Positions 28,837 to 38,030 of a stretch of 64,000 nt of DNA are shown piece by piece (positions within the stretch are counted from its first letter, which is position 1; the number at the start of each line of letters is the position of its first letter). Made by a program: the position numbers and the translations under genes. The stretch is taken from positions 1,614,724-1,678,723 of the forward strand of contig CAWDZX010000001.1 of assembly GCA_963807275.1 (NCBI GenBank), written 5' to 3'. Under the pieces are notes generated by a model. The model was not told the DNA's origin and did no database searches. It saw only the letters and a list, made by a program, of their open reading frames with translations. Source of the stretch: an uncultured Solirubrobacteraceae bacterium (GTDB lineage Bacteria > Actinomycetota > Thermoleophilia > Solirubrobacterales > Solirubrobacteraceae).

Positions 28837-30141
28837 CTACGGCCTCGCCACGAGCCACGGCGTGTAGTCCACCGTGCCGACGGCCGTGTCGCAGCGACCC
28901 ATGTTCGGACCCTGCTTGCAGCCCCACCAGTTGTTCTCCGCGTTCACGACGGTCCCCGTTTCCCCATTCGCGCCCGTCGCGTTCGTGTGGATCGTGTTGT
29001 TCGACGCCGTAACCGTCGCCTGACCGCCGGCCGGCTGGCCGGGAGTCGGGCTCGTCTGCGTCACGAGCAGGCCCGTGCCCGAGTGCATCAGCGAGTTGTG
29101 CGTGAGCGTCACGTCGACGTCGCCGAATGCGAAGCCGAGCTGATCCGTCGTCACGTAGACGCCGTAGGAGCCGGCCGGGTCCGTCGTGCTCGCGCCCGTC
29201 CCGTTGATCTTGTTTTCGGTCAGCGTCGGGCCCTGCCCCGAGACAGCCCCGCCGAACGCGGCGATACCGATGTAGCAGCCCTTCACCTTGTTCGCCTTGA
29301 CCGTCGGCGAGACATACGGAACGAAGACGAAGATCCCGTAGCCGTTTGAGTTGCATTCGCTGATCTTGTTGCCTTCGATCAGGTCGGCGCTCCCGCCCGA
29401 GTCGCCGTTGTTGTCCGTGTGCACGCCGCTACCCGATTTTGTGATCGTGTTGTCGATGAACTGCGTGCCCGCCGAGTGGTTCGCCGAGATCGCGTCGTTC
29501 GCGTTCGAGACCTTGTTGTGCGACATCGAGCCCGAGCCGCCAAACGCGAACATCGCGATCGACGCTTCTTCGCCCTGGACGTTTTCGACGGTGTCGCCTT
29601 CGAAGTCGAACGTGCCGCCCGAGGATGCGTACATCCCGCGCAGGTAGACGTCCGCGACCCTCACCTTCGTGACCGTCAGGTCGGTGTACGTGCCGAGTTC
29701 GTGGTTCGTGATGATCCCGTTGCGCGCATCGATGTCCTTGCCGCCGCGAACGACGCCGCTCGTCAGAGCCGGGTTGTCGCCCTCGAGCGAGAGCTTCGTC
29801 AGCGTCACTTCGTTTGCCTCGACGAGCACGATGTTGCTCGCCGCGCCGCCGCACAGCGACCCGCCTTCGCAGGCCGGGTTCGACGTCGCCGGCTCGATCG
29901 TCGTGTGACGTCCGGCGCCCTGCAACGTCAGCGGCTTGTCGACAACGACGTTTTCCGTATACGTGCCCGGTCCGATCGTGATCGTCGCTCCAGGCGCGGC
30001 CGCGGCGATCGCCGCGTTGATGCTCGTGAACGCGCAGTGTTTCGCGCACACCGTCTTCGGCGACGCCAGCGCCGGGCCCGCAACCGCCAGGCAGGTCGCG
30101 AACACGCCGCCGACGAGCAGCAGTCGAATCGTACGTCCCAT
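28837..30141 (-). CDS. Secreted right-handed parallel beta-helix (pectin-lyase fold) protein
   Basis: Signal peptide from ATG 30141; TSINAAIAAAAPGATITIGPGTYTENVVVDKPLTLQGAG opening; repeated N-x-I/V strands; terminal NAENNWWG. Confidence 0.85.
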   Translation of the reverse strand: MGRTIRLLLVGGVFATCLAVAGPALASPKTVCAKHCAFTSINAAIAAAAPGATITIGPGTYTENVVVDKPLTLQGAGRHTTIEPATSNPACEGGSLCGGAASNIVLVEANEVTLTKLSLEGDNPALTSGVVRGGKDIDARNGIITNHELGTYTDLTVTKVRVADVYLRGMYASSGGTFDFEGDTVENVQGEEASIAMFAFGGSGSMSHNKVSNANDAISANHSAGTQFIDNTITKSGSGVHTDNNGDSGGSADLIEGNKISECNSNGYGIFVFVPYVSPTVKANKVKGCYIGIAAFGGAVSGQGPTLTENKINGTGASTTDPAGSYGVYVTTDQLGFAFGDVDVTLTHNSLMHSGTGLLVTQTSPTPGQPAGGQATVTASNNTIHTNATGANGETGTVVNAENNWWGCKQGPNMGRCDTAVGTVDYTPWLVARP

Positions 30142-30238
30142 TGTCCCCTCCTCCATCCTTGTCCCCCCTCCTCCAGGACGGGGCTTGAGCGGAATGGTAC
30201 GGACTTGCCCGATGTTCGGCCGCGCGACGTTCAGTGCA

Positions 30239-30721
30239 TCACCAGCTCCCACCCTTGCAGCCGCCCGCGCCAGCCGGCGTGCACGAGCGTGTGACTTCGC
30301 CATTGCTGCTGACGAGCTTGTAGACGTGGTTGCTGCCAACGGCTTCCGATTCGATTTCGAAGTTGGTCACCGTAGCCCCGGCGACTTCCTTGGCGACGGC
30401 CGTCGTTTCATCCTTCAATGTCGGCTCGATCGCCTCGAGCTTGGCGAGCGTCGCGCCTTTGTAGCTGCCGCTGTTGTCCATCGCGAACTCCTTCATCGCC
30501 GTCTGCAGCGTGCCGATCTGCGTCTTCGCCGAGGCGTCGCTCGCGCGCGCCGTCTGGCCGATGAACGATGGGATCGCGATCGCAGCGAGCACGCCGATGA
30601 TCAGCAGCACCGTGAGCAGCTCCATCAGCGTGAAGCCGCGCTCGTCGTTCGCGGCATTCGTGCAACGTGTGCCCAAACGCTTTGTGAGTCGGGACGAAAG
30701 ATCGGTCGGGAAAGCGATCAC
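30239..30721 (-). CDS. pilA: Type IV pilin paralogue 3 (more divergent)
   Basis: ERG|FTLMELLTVLLIIGVLAAIAIP; shorter D-region TRSCTPAGAGGCKGGSW. Start uncertain. Confidence 0.88.
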   Translation of the reverse strand: MIAFPTDLSSRLTKRLGTRCTNAANDERGFTLMELLTVLLIIGVLAAIAIPSFIGQTARASDASAKTQIGTLQTAMKEFAMDNSGSYKGATLAKLEAIEPTLKDETTAVAKEVAGATVTNFEIESEAVGSNHVYKLVSSNGEVTRSCTPAGAGGCKGGSW

Positions 30722-30878
30722 GGCAGTTCCTCTCCGGCGGTCTCATGAGCAGCGTCGGCCGATCTCCGGTGCCGCTCCCTCGCCTCGCGGCGAGCTCGCC
30801 TGTAAGTAGTTTTGCGGAGCGACGAGTGTGCAGGCCACGGCGGGCTTTTGGCACTAGACGTTCGGGTAGAACTCGTCC

Positions 30879-31355
30879 ATGCGCATCGTCCGGTCCGGGT
30901 TCTGGAGATCAGCGGCATTGATCGCCGTCATGGCCGGGCTCGGCGCTTTCTGCAGCTCGACGGCCGGCGGCGAGCTGCCTCAAGTGAGCACAGTTTGCAC
31001 AGAAATGGGCTGCGAATCCGGCGTCACCGTCCGGCTCGGACAGCTCCACCGCACGCTCCGCCGCGCGCGTAGCGTCACGCTCTGCGTCGACCATCGATGC
31101 GGTCGGCTTTCAGCGAAGACCGCAGGCATCTCGGTGCGCCTGCCCGGCGTACCCAAGAGCCCGGCTTCGCGCTATCGCGTCGAGCTGGTCGTCCAGGATG
31201 GCCGGGGTAGCACGTTGCAGCAGGTTGCCCGGACCGTCACGCTGCTGCGGAGTCAGCCGAACGGTCCCGACTGCGAGCCCACGTGCTACTTCCGCCTTCT
31301 CACTTTCGAGCCCGCCCATCGTCGGCTGGCCTTGCATCCGAGGCAAATTGCCTGA
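30879..31355 (+). CDS. Hypothetical secreted/lipoprotein-like Cys-paired protein
   Basis: Hydrophobic N-terminus ending in Cys; VCTEMGCESGV and QPNGPDCEPTC Cys pairs. Confidence 0.5.
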   Translation: MRIVRSGFWRSAALIAVMAGLGAFCSSTAGGELPQVSTVCTEMGCESGVTVRLGQLHRTLRRARSVTLCVDHRCGRLSAKTAGISVRLPGVPKSPASRYRVELVVQDGRGSTLQQVARTVTLLRSQPNGPDCEPTCYFRLLTFEPAHRRLALHPRQIA

Positions 31356-31483
31356 CTCCACGATGCGCCGCCCGCTTTCACACCTCGCACGCATCCTGAC
31401 CGCGCCGGTCAGGTTCTTTCGCTACATCAACCGCCCCGGCGAAGAATTTCTGGTGAACCGGTCGCGCCATACTGGCTCGGAAC

Positions 31484-31960
31484 ATGGCGACGCCGACGAT
31501 CTATGAGTGGGGCGGCGGACGCGAGGCGTTTGCCCGCTGGCTAAACCGGTTCTATGACCTCGTCGAACGTGAGGCTCCCGAGATCGCGTCGCTGTTCGGC
31601 GGGCACGTCAGCGCCGACCACCGGGAGCACGTAACCGATTGGTGGGCGGAGGTCATGGGCGGCCCGGCGCGATACAGCGAGCGCCGCGGCGGCTATGAGC
31701 AGATGCTCGCTCGCCACCACGACTTGGCGATCACGGCCGAGCAGCGGCTCCAATTCGTGACCTTGCTCAGCCGCGCCGCCGACGAGGCCGGACTCCCCGA
31801 CGACCCCGAGTTTCGCGCCGCGATCATCGGCTACGCGGAGTGGGGCACGCGCCTCGCGCTGCACAACTCTCAGCCCGGCGCCGAGACCGTCGCTCACGCG
31901 CCGGTTCCTCGCTGGGGCTGGGGAGTTGCGCCGCCGTATGAGCCGGACACCGACGATTGA
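31484..31960 (+). CDS. Group II truncated haemoglobin
   Basis: TIYEWGGG...RFYDLV...LFGG...W.EVMGGP..YS...MLARHHDL.IT.EQR; C-terminal VPRWGWG. Confidence 0.9.
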   Translation: MATPTIYEWGGGREAFARWLNRFYDLVEREAPEIASLFGGHVSADHREHVTDWWAEVMGGPARYSERRGGYEQMLARHHDLAITAEQRLQFVTLLSRAADEAGLPDDPEFRAAIIGYAEWGTRLALHNSQPGAETVAHAPVPRWGWGVAPPYEPDTDD

Positions 31961-32155
31961 CAAGGGGGCCGGCCGGAGACCGTCGCCACTCGTCCAGTCG
32001 TCTCCGCGAATACGACGAGCCCGATTACACCGATGGGCACCGTCGAGGCGACATCCGCATCTTCTGCCCCCAAGCACGGTCAATGATGCTGCCCGCTCAA
32101 GCGATTGGCGTTAGCCGTGGCGGGTACTTAGGACTAGAGGAAGGAAGGAGAGGCT

Positions 32156-32224
32156 ATGTTCAAGAAAGTCTTTGAGCTGATCACGTTGAAATGGCTGTGG
32201 GACCGCCGTGGCTCGCGACGGTAG
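32156..32224 (+). CDS. Putative 22-aa small protein MFKKVFELITLKWLWDRRGSRR (not in ORF track)
   Basis: Strong purine-rich SD (GGAAGGAAGGAGAGG) 2 nt before the ATG; open frame to TAG at 32222-32224. Confidence 0.45.
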   Translation: MFKKVFELITLKWLWDRRGSRR

Positions 32225-32412
32225 TACGGCAGAACGACGCGCCCGCCGAGCGGCAGAAGCGCTCAGACAACTCAGGAGTGGCGCCCTGCGGGCGGAAGGC
32301 GATAGGCGTAGTCGCCATGCATTTCGCAGCTCCGTTGACCGAGCGCGCGCGCTGCGAATCAGCCGCCGAGCAGGCTCGTTTGTCGCGCGACAGCCTTAGG
32401 TAGCCCCCGCCC

Positions 32413-33192
32413 TCACGGACGTAGGGCCAGCTTGGCCACGAGAGCGGAGTGATCAGACAGCCCTGCTTCCCGCCACGAGTGTTCGTAGCGGCAGTCCTCG
32501 ACGGCGAGCTCCTGCGAGACAATCAGATGATCGAGGCGGTAACCGCCGCCCCATCGCGCCCATTCCCAGCTGATCTCGTCGGTGGCGTCAGGATGCAAAA
32601 GCCGAAATGCGTCGCGGTATCCATATGCCTCGAGGCCTCCGATCAGCGCAAGCTCGGCCCGATCCCAACGATCTCCACGCTCGGGGCGCAGATGTCCGTA
32701 GCGATCTCGCGCGAAGGTCCAGACGGTGCCGTCTACGTGCTCCTTGCGAGGAGTGTTCAGATCTCCGCAGAGGATTCTTGCGTACCCGGGCGGCTCATCG
32801 GCCAAGTGCCGGTGGACGGCTTCGTGCGTGCGGACCTTGGCGAGGTCGGGCTTCGGGCTGATCGGCGAGTGGACGTTGACGATTTCCGTGCCGTCGCTCA
32901 GGTGAACGGCAAGCACGCGCTCGGGCCAAGGCACTTCATCGACCAGCACGGCATGTAGCGGCGTCCGCGAAGCCGTCAGAACAGCAAGCGGTCTTTTGCG
33001 CCCAGCTACGGCAAGTTCGCCGTGCTCGATCGCGAGGTATCCAGCCTCGCGCAGCAGTGATTGCCAGCGTGGCAATGTGCTGCGCGTGATCTCTTGGAGG
33101 CACAGCACGTCCGCGTCTCGTTCGAGCAGCCGCTCAGCCTGTTCGTGCAGGCGCTTGACGCGCCCGGCGACGTTCCAGCTCACGAGCTGCAC
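32413..33192 (-). CDS. Endonuclease/exonuclease/phosphatase (EEP, ExoIII-like) family protein
   Basis: SWNV, DVLCLQE, NVH, GDLN, RLDH, SDH motifs; TAGGCT -10 lies 7 nt before GTG 33192. Confidence 0.9.
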   Translation of the reverse strand: MQLVSWNVAGRVKRLHEQAERLLERDADVLCLQEITRSTLPRWQSLLREAGYLAIEHGELAVAGRKRPLAVLTASRTPLHAVLVDEVPWPERVLAVHLSDGTEIVNVHSPISPKPDLAKVRTHEAVHRHLADEPPGYARILCGDLNTPRKEHVDGTVWTFARDRYGHLRPERGDRWDRAELALIGGLEAYGYRDAFRLLHPDATDEISWEWARWGGGYRLDHLIVSQELAVEDCRYEHSWREAGLSDHSALVAKLALRP

Positions 33193-33287
33193 CAAGCTAA
33201 GCCTACGTTCCGAGCGTCGCGACTTCCCTAATGGGGCAGCGCCTCAATTCGGCGTTGACCCGGCTTTTCGCTCCCGGCTACGCCGAA

Positions 33288-33313
33288 GGCCCAGCCCCTT
33301 CGAGGACTGGGCC
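33288..33313 (-). terminator. Hairpin downstream of tRNA-Pro
   Basis: Minus strand GGCCCAGTCCT-CGAA-GGGGCTGGGCC, 11-bp stem with G-U pairs. Confidence 0.55.
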
Positions 33314-33332
33314 GGTTCGACCTACATCAAAA

Positions 33333-33409
<77 letters not shown>

Positions 33410-33420
33410 ATCAGCCGAGT

Positions 33421-34047
33421 CTACCGCCAGCTATCGCGCGTCTTGCAGATCCACGCCTGCAGTCGGGCGCGCAACAGCGCGTCCTCGACGCTGACCGTCA
33501 GCACGCCGTGGCGTGCGTGTCGCGGCGCATGAGCAGCGCCGGCTCGGTCGGGCTCTTCGTAGACGCGGATCGCCCGCGCCTGCACGCCCACGATCCCGCT
33601 CCAGAAGCGGCGCAGCTCGGTCAGGCTCTGGCCCGGCTCGTAGCGCACCGAGAGCAGCGGCGACCTCTCGCTCAGGCGCAGCATCCAGCGGTTGGCGAGT
33701 CGCATCACGGCCGGGTCCGAGTCGCTCAGCGAGACCTTCGTCCGCTCGCGCGTGCAGCCGCGCGCGATGTAGAGACAGACGAAGTCGCGAAACGTCGGCT
33801 GCGCCGCGAGATCGTCGAACGCGCGCAGCGCGTCCTCGTACGCCGTCTCGCCTACGGCCACGGCCCCGCTCGTGCGCTCCGCTACGCCCGCGACGTCGCG
33901 CTCTTCCTCGCGCAGCGGCAAGTCGCGCACCCAGTAGTAGACCGTGCTGCGCGGGAGCGCCAGCCGCGAGGCGAGCTGATCGACTGTCAGCCGCTGCTCG
34001 ACGCGCAGCAGCCGGGCCATCTGACGGAGATACGTCGAGTGCGCCAT
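33421..34047 (-). CDS. HTH + LAGLIDADG-like domain protein (tRNA-adjacent family), probably catalytically degenerate
   Basis: N-terminal HTH ([25 protein letters not shown]); C-terminal CLYIARG...[12 protein letters not shown]...FWSGIVGV...[16 protein letters not shown] pattern. Family assignment is from recall. Confidence 0.6.
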   Translation of the reverse strand: MAHSTYLRQMARLLRVEQRLTVDQLASRLALPRSTVYYWVRDLPLREEERDVAGVAERTSGAVAVGETAYEDALRAFDDLAAQPTFRDFVCLYIARGCTRERTKVSLSDSDPAVMRLANRWMLRLSERSPLLSVRYEPGQSLTELRRFWSGIVGVQARAIRVYEEPDRAGAAHAPRHARHGVLTVSVEDALLRARLQAWICKTRDSWR

Positions 34048-34065
34048 GCGAACATATGTTCGCAT
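34046..34065. promoter_or_regulatory. SOS (LexA/Cheo) box
   Basis: Perfect 20-bp palindrome ATGCGAACATATGTTCGCAT containing CGAAC-N4-GTTCG, abutting the start codon of the HTH gene. Confidence 0.85.
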
Positions 34066-34133
34066 ACGACCGCGCCTGCCGTCAACCGCGAGCGCAGCCG
34101 TCTCGGCGCGCGCTGGTAGCCTCCGCCACCGCC

Positions 34134-35408
34134 ATGGCAGACGTCCAACCGCTGCGCGCGCTGCACTACGACCCGGCCGTCGCCGGGCCCTTGCAGGACG
34201 TCGTCGCGCCTCCGTATGACGTGATCGACTCCGAGCAGCGTGCCGCGCTGATCGAGCAATCGCCGAACAACGTCATCGCCGTCGACCTGCCTCAGGGCGA
34301 GCCCGATCCGTACGCGGCCGCGCGCGAGCAGTTCGAGCGCTGGCAGGAGCACGGCGTGATCGTCCGCGACGAGCAGCCCGCGATCTGGGCGCACACGCAG
34401 GACTACACCGGCCCCGACGGGCAGCGGCGCACGCGGCGCGGCTTCTTCTGCCGCGTGCGAATCGAGGGCTACGGCCCCGGCCGCGTGCGCCCGCACGAGC
34501 GCACGCATCCAGGCCCGAAGGAGGACCGCCTGCGCCTGACGCGCGCGACGCGCGCGAACATCTCGCCGATCTTCTCGCTGTTCTCCGACCCGGCCAACGC
34601 CGCCTGGAGCGCGCTCGAGCCGGTCACCAACGCGCAGCCGCCGTGGGGCGAGGTGAGCGACGCCGACGGCACCGTGCACCGCATCTGGCGCGTCGCCGAC
34701 GCCGACGCGATCGCAGCCGTGCAGGCCGCCACGCGCGACGCCGAGCTGCTGATCGCCGACGGCCATCACCGCTACGAGACGATGCAGGCCTACGCCGAGG
34801 AGGTCGAGGCCGCCGGCACGCCGCCGAATGACGAGCACCGCTACATCCTGATGTGCCTCGTCGCGCTCGAGGATCCCGGCCTGACGGTCTTCCCCACGCA
34901 CAGGCTCGTCAACGAGCTCGACGAGCCGCGCCGTCAAGCGCTCGCCGAGGCGCTCGCGCGCGATTTCCAGATGCGCGAGGTCGACGCCGGCGAAGTCGCT
35001 CCCGAGCCCGGCAGCGGGCCGCTCGAGCTCGGCTACGTAAGCTCACAAGACGAGCGCTGCTATCGCCTCACGCTGAAGGATCAGGCGATCGCCGACGCCG
35101 CGCTGAGCGGTCACTCCGACGCCTACCGACACCTCGACACGGGTGTGTTGGAGACGCTTTTGCTGAAGGGCGCGCTCGGGCTGAGCGACGATGACATCTC
35201 GCACTTCAACGGCCTCTTCTACGCACGCGACACGGCCGAGGCGCTGCGCGTCGTGCGCGCGGGCGAGTACGAAGCCGCGTTCCTGATGCGCCCGACTCCG
35301 ATCGAGCAGGTCCGTGAGGTCGCGGCCGAGGGCGAGAACATGCCGCCCAAGTCGACCTACTTCTTCCCTAAGCTGCTCACCGGGCTGCTGTTCAACCCGC
35401 TTTCGTAG
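34134..35408 (+). CDS. DUF1015 family protein
   Basis: VVAPPYDVI, PHERTH, IADGHHRYET, VFPTHR, MPPKSTYFFPKLLTGL motifs. Confidence 0.92.
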   Translation: MADVQPLRALHYDPAVAGPLQDVVAPPYDVIDSEQRAALIEQSPNNVIAVDLPQGEPDPYAAAREQFERWQEHGVIVRDEQPAIWAHTQDYTGPDGQRRTRRGFFCRVRIEGYGPGRVRPHERTHPGPKEDRLRLTRATRANISPIFSLFSDPANAAWSALEPVTNAQPPWGEVSDADGTVHRIWRVADADAIAAVQAATRDAELLIADGHHRYETMQAYAEEVEAAGTPPNDEHRYILMCLVALEDPGLTVFPTHRLVNELDEPRRQALAEALARDFQMREVDAGEVAPEPGSGPLELGYVSSQDERCYRLTLKDQAIADAALSGHSDAYRHLDTGVLETLLLKGALGLSDDDISHFNGLFYARDTAEALRVVRAGEYEAAFLMRPTPIEQVREVAAEGENMPPKSTYFFPKLLTGLLFNPLS

Positions 35409-35494
35409 AGTCGTTCGCGCAGTACCATGTAAATAGAGGTTTCTTTGAGCTTCTCGAAAGGAGCAAGATGGGTGGATCGGTCGGGCCGACAAGG

Positions 35495-35902
35495 ATGAAA
35501 GCCACCGCACGACGCGACGGAGGCGGCTTCAGGCATTCGATCCAGCTCAACGAGCATCAGCTCACGGTCGACGAGCCGCACGCCGTCGGCGGCGAGGACG
35601 CCGGCCCGAGCCCGCAGGAGCTGCTCGCCGTCAGCCTCGCCTCGTGTACGGCGATCACGATGGAGATGTACGCCGCGCGCAAGGGCTGGGAGATCGGCCA
35701 CGTCGAGGTCGACGTCGAGTACAGCCCCGCCGAGCGCGGCTGCCCGACGAAGTTCGAGCTCATCGTGCGGCTGCCCGACGACCTGCCCGAGGATCAGATC
35801 GACCGCCTGCGTGCGATCGCCGCGAAGTGCCCCGTGCACCGCGTGCTCGACGGCGAGGTCATGTTCCTCGAGCGTGTCGAGCGCGTCCACATGGCCGCCT
35901 GA
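35495..35902 (+). CDS. OsmC-like family protein
   Basis: GEDAGPSPQELLAVSLASCTAITMEMYA...AAKCPVHRVL (two conserved Cys). Confidence 0.9.
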   Translation: MKATARRDGGGFRHSIQLNEHQLTVDEPHAVGGEDAGPSPQELLAVSLASCTAITMEMYAARKGWEIGHVEVDVEYSPAERGCPTKFELIVRLPDDLPEDQIDRLRAIAAKCPVHRVLDGEVMFLERVERVHMAA

Positions 35903-35919
35903 GCGGCAACCGCAGCCGC

Positions 35920-36513
35920 TTGCCTTCCGGCCCTACTGATCCTCCGAGCCTGCCGAGCTGGACGCTGCCGCCGGACGAGCGCGAGGGACAAACGCTCGCG
36001 GCCGTGCTCGTGCCGCTGATCGTCGTACCCGAGTCCGACTCGCCGCACGTCGTCTTGACCAAGCGCCGCGCTGACCTGCGCCGGCACGCCGGCGAGGTCT
36101 CCTTCCCCGGCGGCCGCCGCGACCCCGACGACGCCGACCTGAGCGTCACGGCGCTGCGCGAGGCCGAAGAGGAGATCGGGCTCGCGCGCGAATCCGTCGA
36201 GCTGCTCGGCGAGCTGCCGCCGATATCGACGTTCGCGACGAACTACCTGATCCACCCGTTCGTCGGGCAGATCGCCGCAAGCCAGCGCTGGGAGGTCTCT
36301 CCGCGCGAGGTCGACGCCGTGCTCGAGCTGCCGTTGCGCGAGCTGCAGGAGAGCCGCACGCGCACGCCGATCGAACGCCGCGGCATCACGTTCGAGACAG
36401 ACGCCTACGTCCCCGACGGCAACGTCATCTGGGGCGCGACGTTCCGCATCCTCGAGAACCTGCTCGAGCGGCTGCAGGCGAGCGACGCCGGCGCGCGGCT
36501 GTCGCTCGCCTGA
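35920..36513 (+). CDS. NUDIX hydrolase, CoA pyrophosphatase type; start uncertain
   Basis: AAVLVPL...LTKR...LRRHAGEVSFPGG...ALREAEEEIGL NUDIX box; IWGAT. Confidence 0.9.
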   Translation: MPSGPTDPPSLPSWTLPPDEREGQTLAAVLVPLIVVPESDSPHVVLTKRRADLRRHAGEVSFPGGRRDPDDADLSVTALREAEEEIGLARESVELLGELPPISTFATNYLIHPFVGQIAASQRWEVSPREVDAVLELPLRELQESRTRTPIERRGITFETDAYVPDGNVIWGATFRILENLLERLQASDAGARLSLA

Positions 36514-36521
36514 GCTCGCGA

Positions 36522-37187
36522 TTACTTGCTCGACGGCTCCGGGACGATGCGGATGTACGGGCGCGGCTCCTCCCACCCGTCCGGGTAGATCTCCTTCGCC
36601 TGGTCGTTCGAGACCGAGCCCGCGATGATCACGTCCTCGCCGCGCTTCCAGTTGACCGGCGTCGCGACCTTGTGCTTCGCCGTCAGCTGCAGCGAGTCGA
36701 TCACGCGCAGCACCTCGTCGAAGTTGCGCCCCGTCGTCATCGGGTAGACGAAGATCAGCTTGACCTTCTTGTCCGGGCCGATCACGAAGACGTTGCGGAC
36801 CGTCTGGTTGTCGGCCGGCGTGCGCTCGCCCGGGTCGCCCGAGACGTCCTGCGGGAGCATCCCGTAGAGCTTCGAAACGTTGAAGTCCGCGTCGCTGATG
36901 ATCGGGTAGTTCGGCGCCGTGCCCTGCGTCTCCTCGATGTCCTTCGCCCACTCCTCGTGCTTGCCGAGCGGGTCGACCGAGAGGCCGATGATCTTCACGT
37001 CGCGCTTGTCGAACTCCGGCTTCGCGTTGGCCATGTAGCCGAGCTCCGTCGTGCAGACCGGTGTGAAGTCCTTCGGGTGCGAGAACAGCACCGCCCACGA
37101 GTCGCCGATCCAGTCGTGGAATTTGATCCGGCCCTCGGTCGTCTCGGCCTCGAAGTCGGGTGCTGTGTCGCCAAGATGCAGCGTCAT
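36522..37187 (-). CDS. 1-Cys peroxiredoxin (Prx6 family)
   Basis: FSHPKDFTPVCTTE, YPMTTGRNFDEVLRVIDSLQ; AAAGGA SD before ATG 37187. Confidence 0.95.
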   Translation of the reverse strand: MTLHLGDTAPDFEAETTEGRIKFHDWIGDSWAVLFSHPKDFTPVCTTELGYMANAKPEFDKRDVKIIGLSVDPLGKHEEWAKDIEETQGTAPNYPIISDADFNVSKLYGMLPQDVSGDPGERTPADNQTVRNVFVIGPDKKVKLIFVYPMTTGRNFDEVLRVIDSLQLTAKHKVATPVNWKRGEDVIIAGSVSNDQAKEIYPDGWEEPRPYIRIVPEPSSK

Positions 37188-37272
37188 TGATGGTTCCTTT
37201 CTCGACAGTTGGCCTAGCACTCCGCTGGGCAGTGAAGCCGACTGTCCGTAATCCTGATCGGCTTTGAGGGAT

Positions 37273-37284
37273 TATTAATTAATA
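37273..37284. promoter_or_regulatory. AT-only palindrome upstream of the peroxiredoxin gene (candidate operator)
   Basis: TATTAATTAATA, a perfect 12-bp palindrome in otherwise very GC-rich DNA. Confidence 0.45.
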
Positions 37285-37339
37285 TAGCGGACCGAGCCTT
37301 GCGCTCAGCCCGCGCGCGACGCCCGTTCGGGCGCGCGGC

Positions 37340-37948
37340 TCAGGCCTCTGGGGTCCAGCCCGAGAGCCCCGACCAGACGCTCTCGAGCTCCGCCTGCGAA
37401 GGCTCTCTGCCCTCGCGCCGGCGCGGCCAGGCGGCGCCGGCGATCATCGCCAGCGCCGCGAGCAGCGCCAGCCACGCGCCCTCGCGCAGCGAAAGCGCGA
37501 GCAAACCTTGCGCATCGCCTCCCGGCGATGGCAGGACGAGCATCCGGAACAGCACGAGCGCCGCCGCGAGCGCGCCGAGCAGCGCCAGCGGGCCGCGATC
37601 GGCCTCTGCGCTCGATGCCGGACCGGCGAGCCCGACGAGCGCGATCACGACGCCGAGGCCCGCGAGGATCAGCAGCGCGACGTTGATCTGCTTCAGCGCC
37701 TGATGCGCGCTGACCGCGACGAATTCGTGGCCCGCGAGCCCGGCGATGTTCGCGTGGAACGTGCCGAGATAGCTCTTCATCGCCGCGTTGCCGTACTGCG
37801 CCGCCGCCTGGTCGCCGGCCTGCTGCACGAACGCGACGCCGTGCGCCGTGAAGCTGACGCCGTACCACGGCAGGAACACCGCGACCGCGAGCAGCACCGC
37901 GCCGAGTGCCGCGACGACCAGCCGATAACCCGCGCGCGAGTCCCCCAT
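37340..37948 (-). CDS. Hypothetical 4-TM membrane protein
   Basis: ALGAVLLAVAVFLPWY N-terminal motif and three more hydrophobic helices. Confidence 0.65.
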   Translation of the reverse strand: MGDSRAGYRLVVAALGAVLLAVAVFLPWYGVSFTAHGVAFVQQAGDQAAAQYGNAAMKSYLGTFHANIAGLAGHEFVAVSAHQALKQINVALLILAGLGVVIALVGLAGPASSAEADRGPLALLGALAAALVLFRMLVLPSPGGDAQGLLALSLREGAWLALLAALAMIAGAAWPRRREGREPSQAELESVWSGLSGWTPEA

Positions 37949-38030
37949 ATTTCACATCCATCGGCAGATCCGACGAATGACTTGACATCCGCGCCCGTCC
38001 CGCTCGCGGCCTGGCGGAGTCCGGCGCCTC

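Noticed and set aside
27734-30721. Neisseria-style silent pilin cassettes
   Set aside because: All three copies keep a leader, the G|F cleavage site and the full N-terminal helix, and two have their own promoters, so they are not truncated silent loci.
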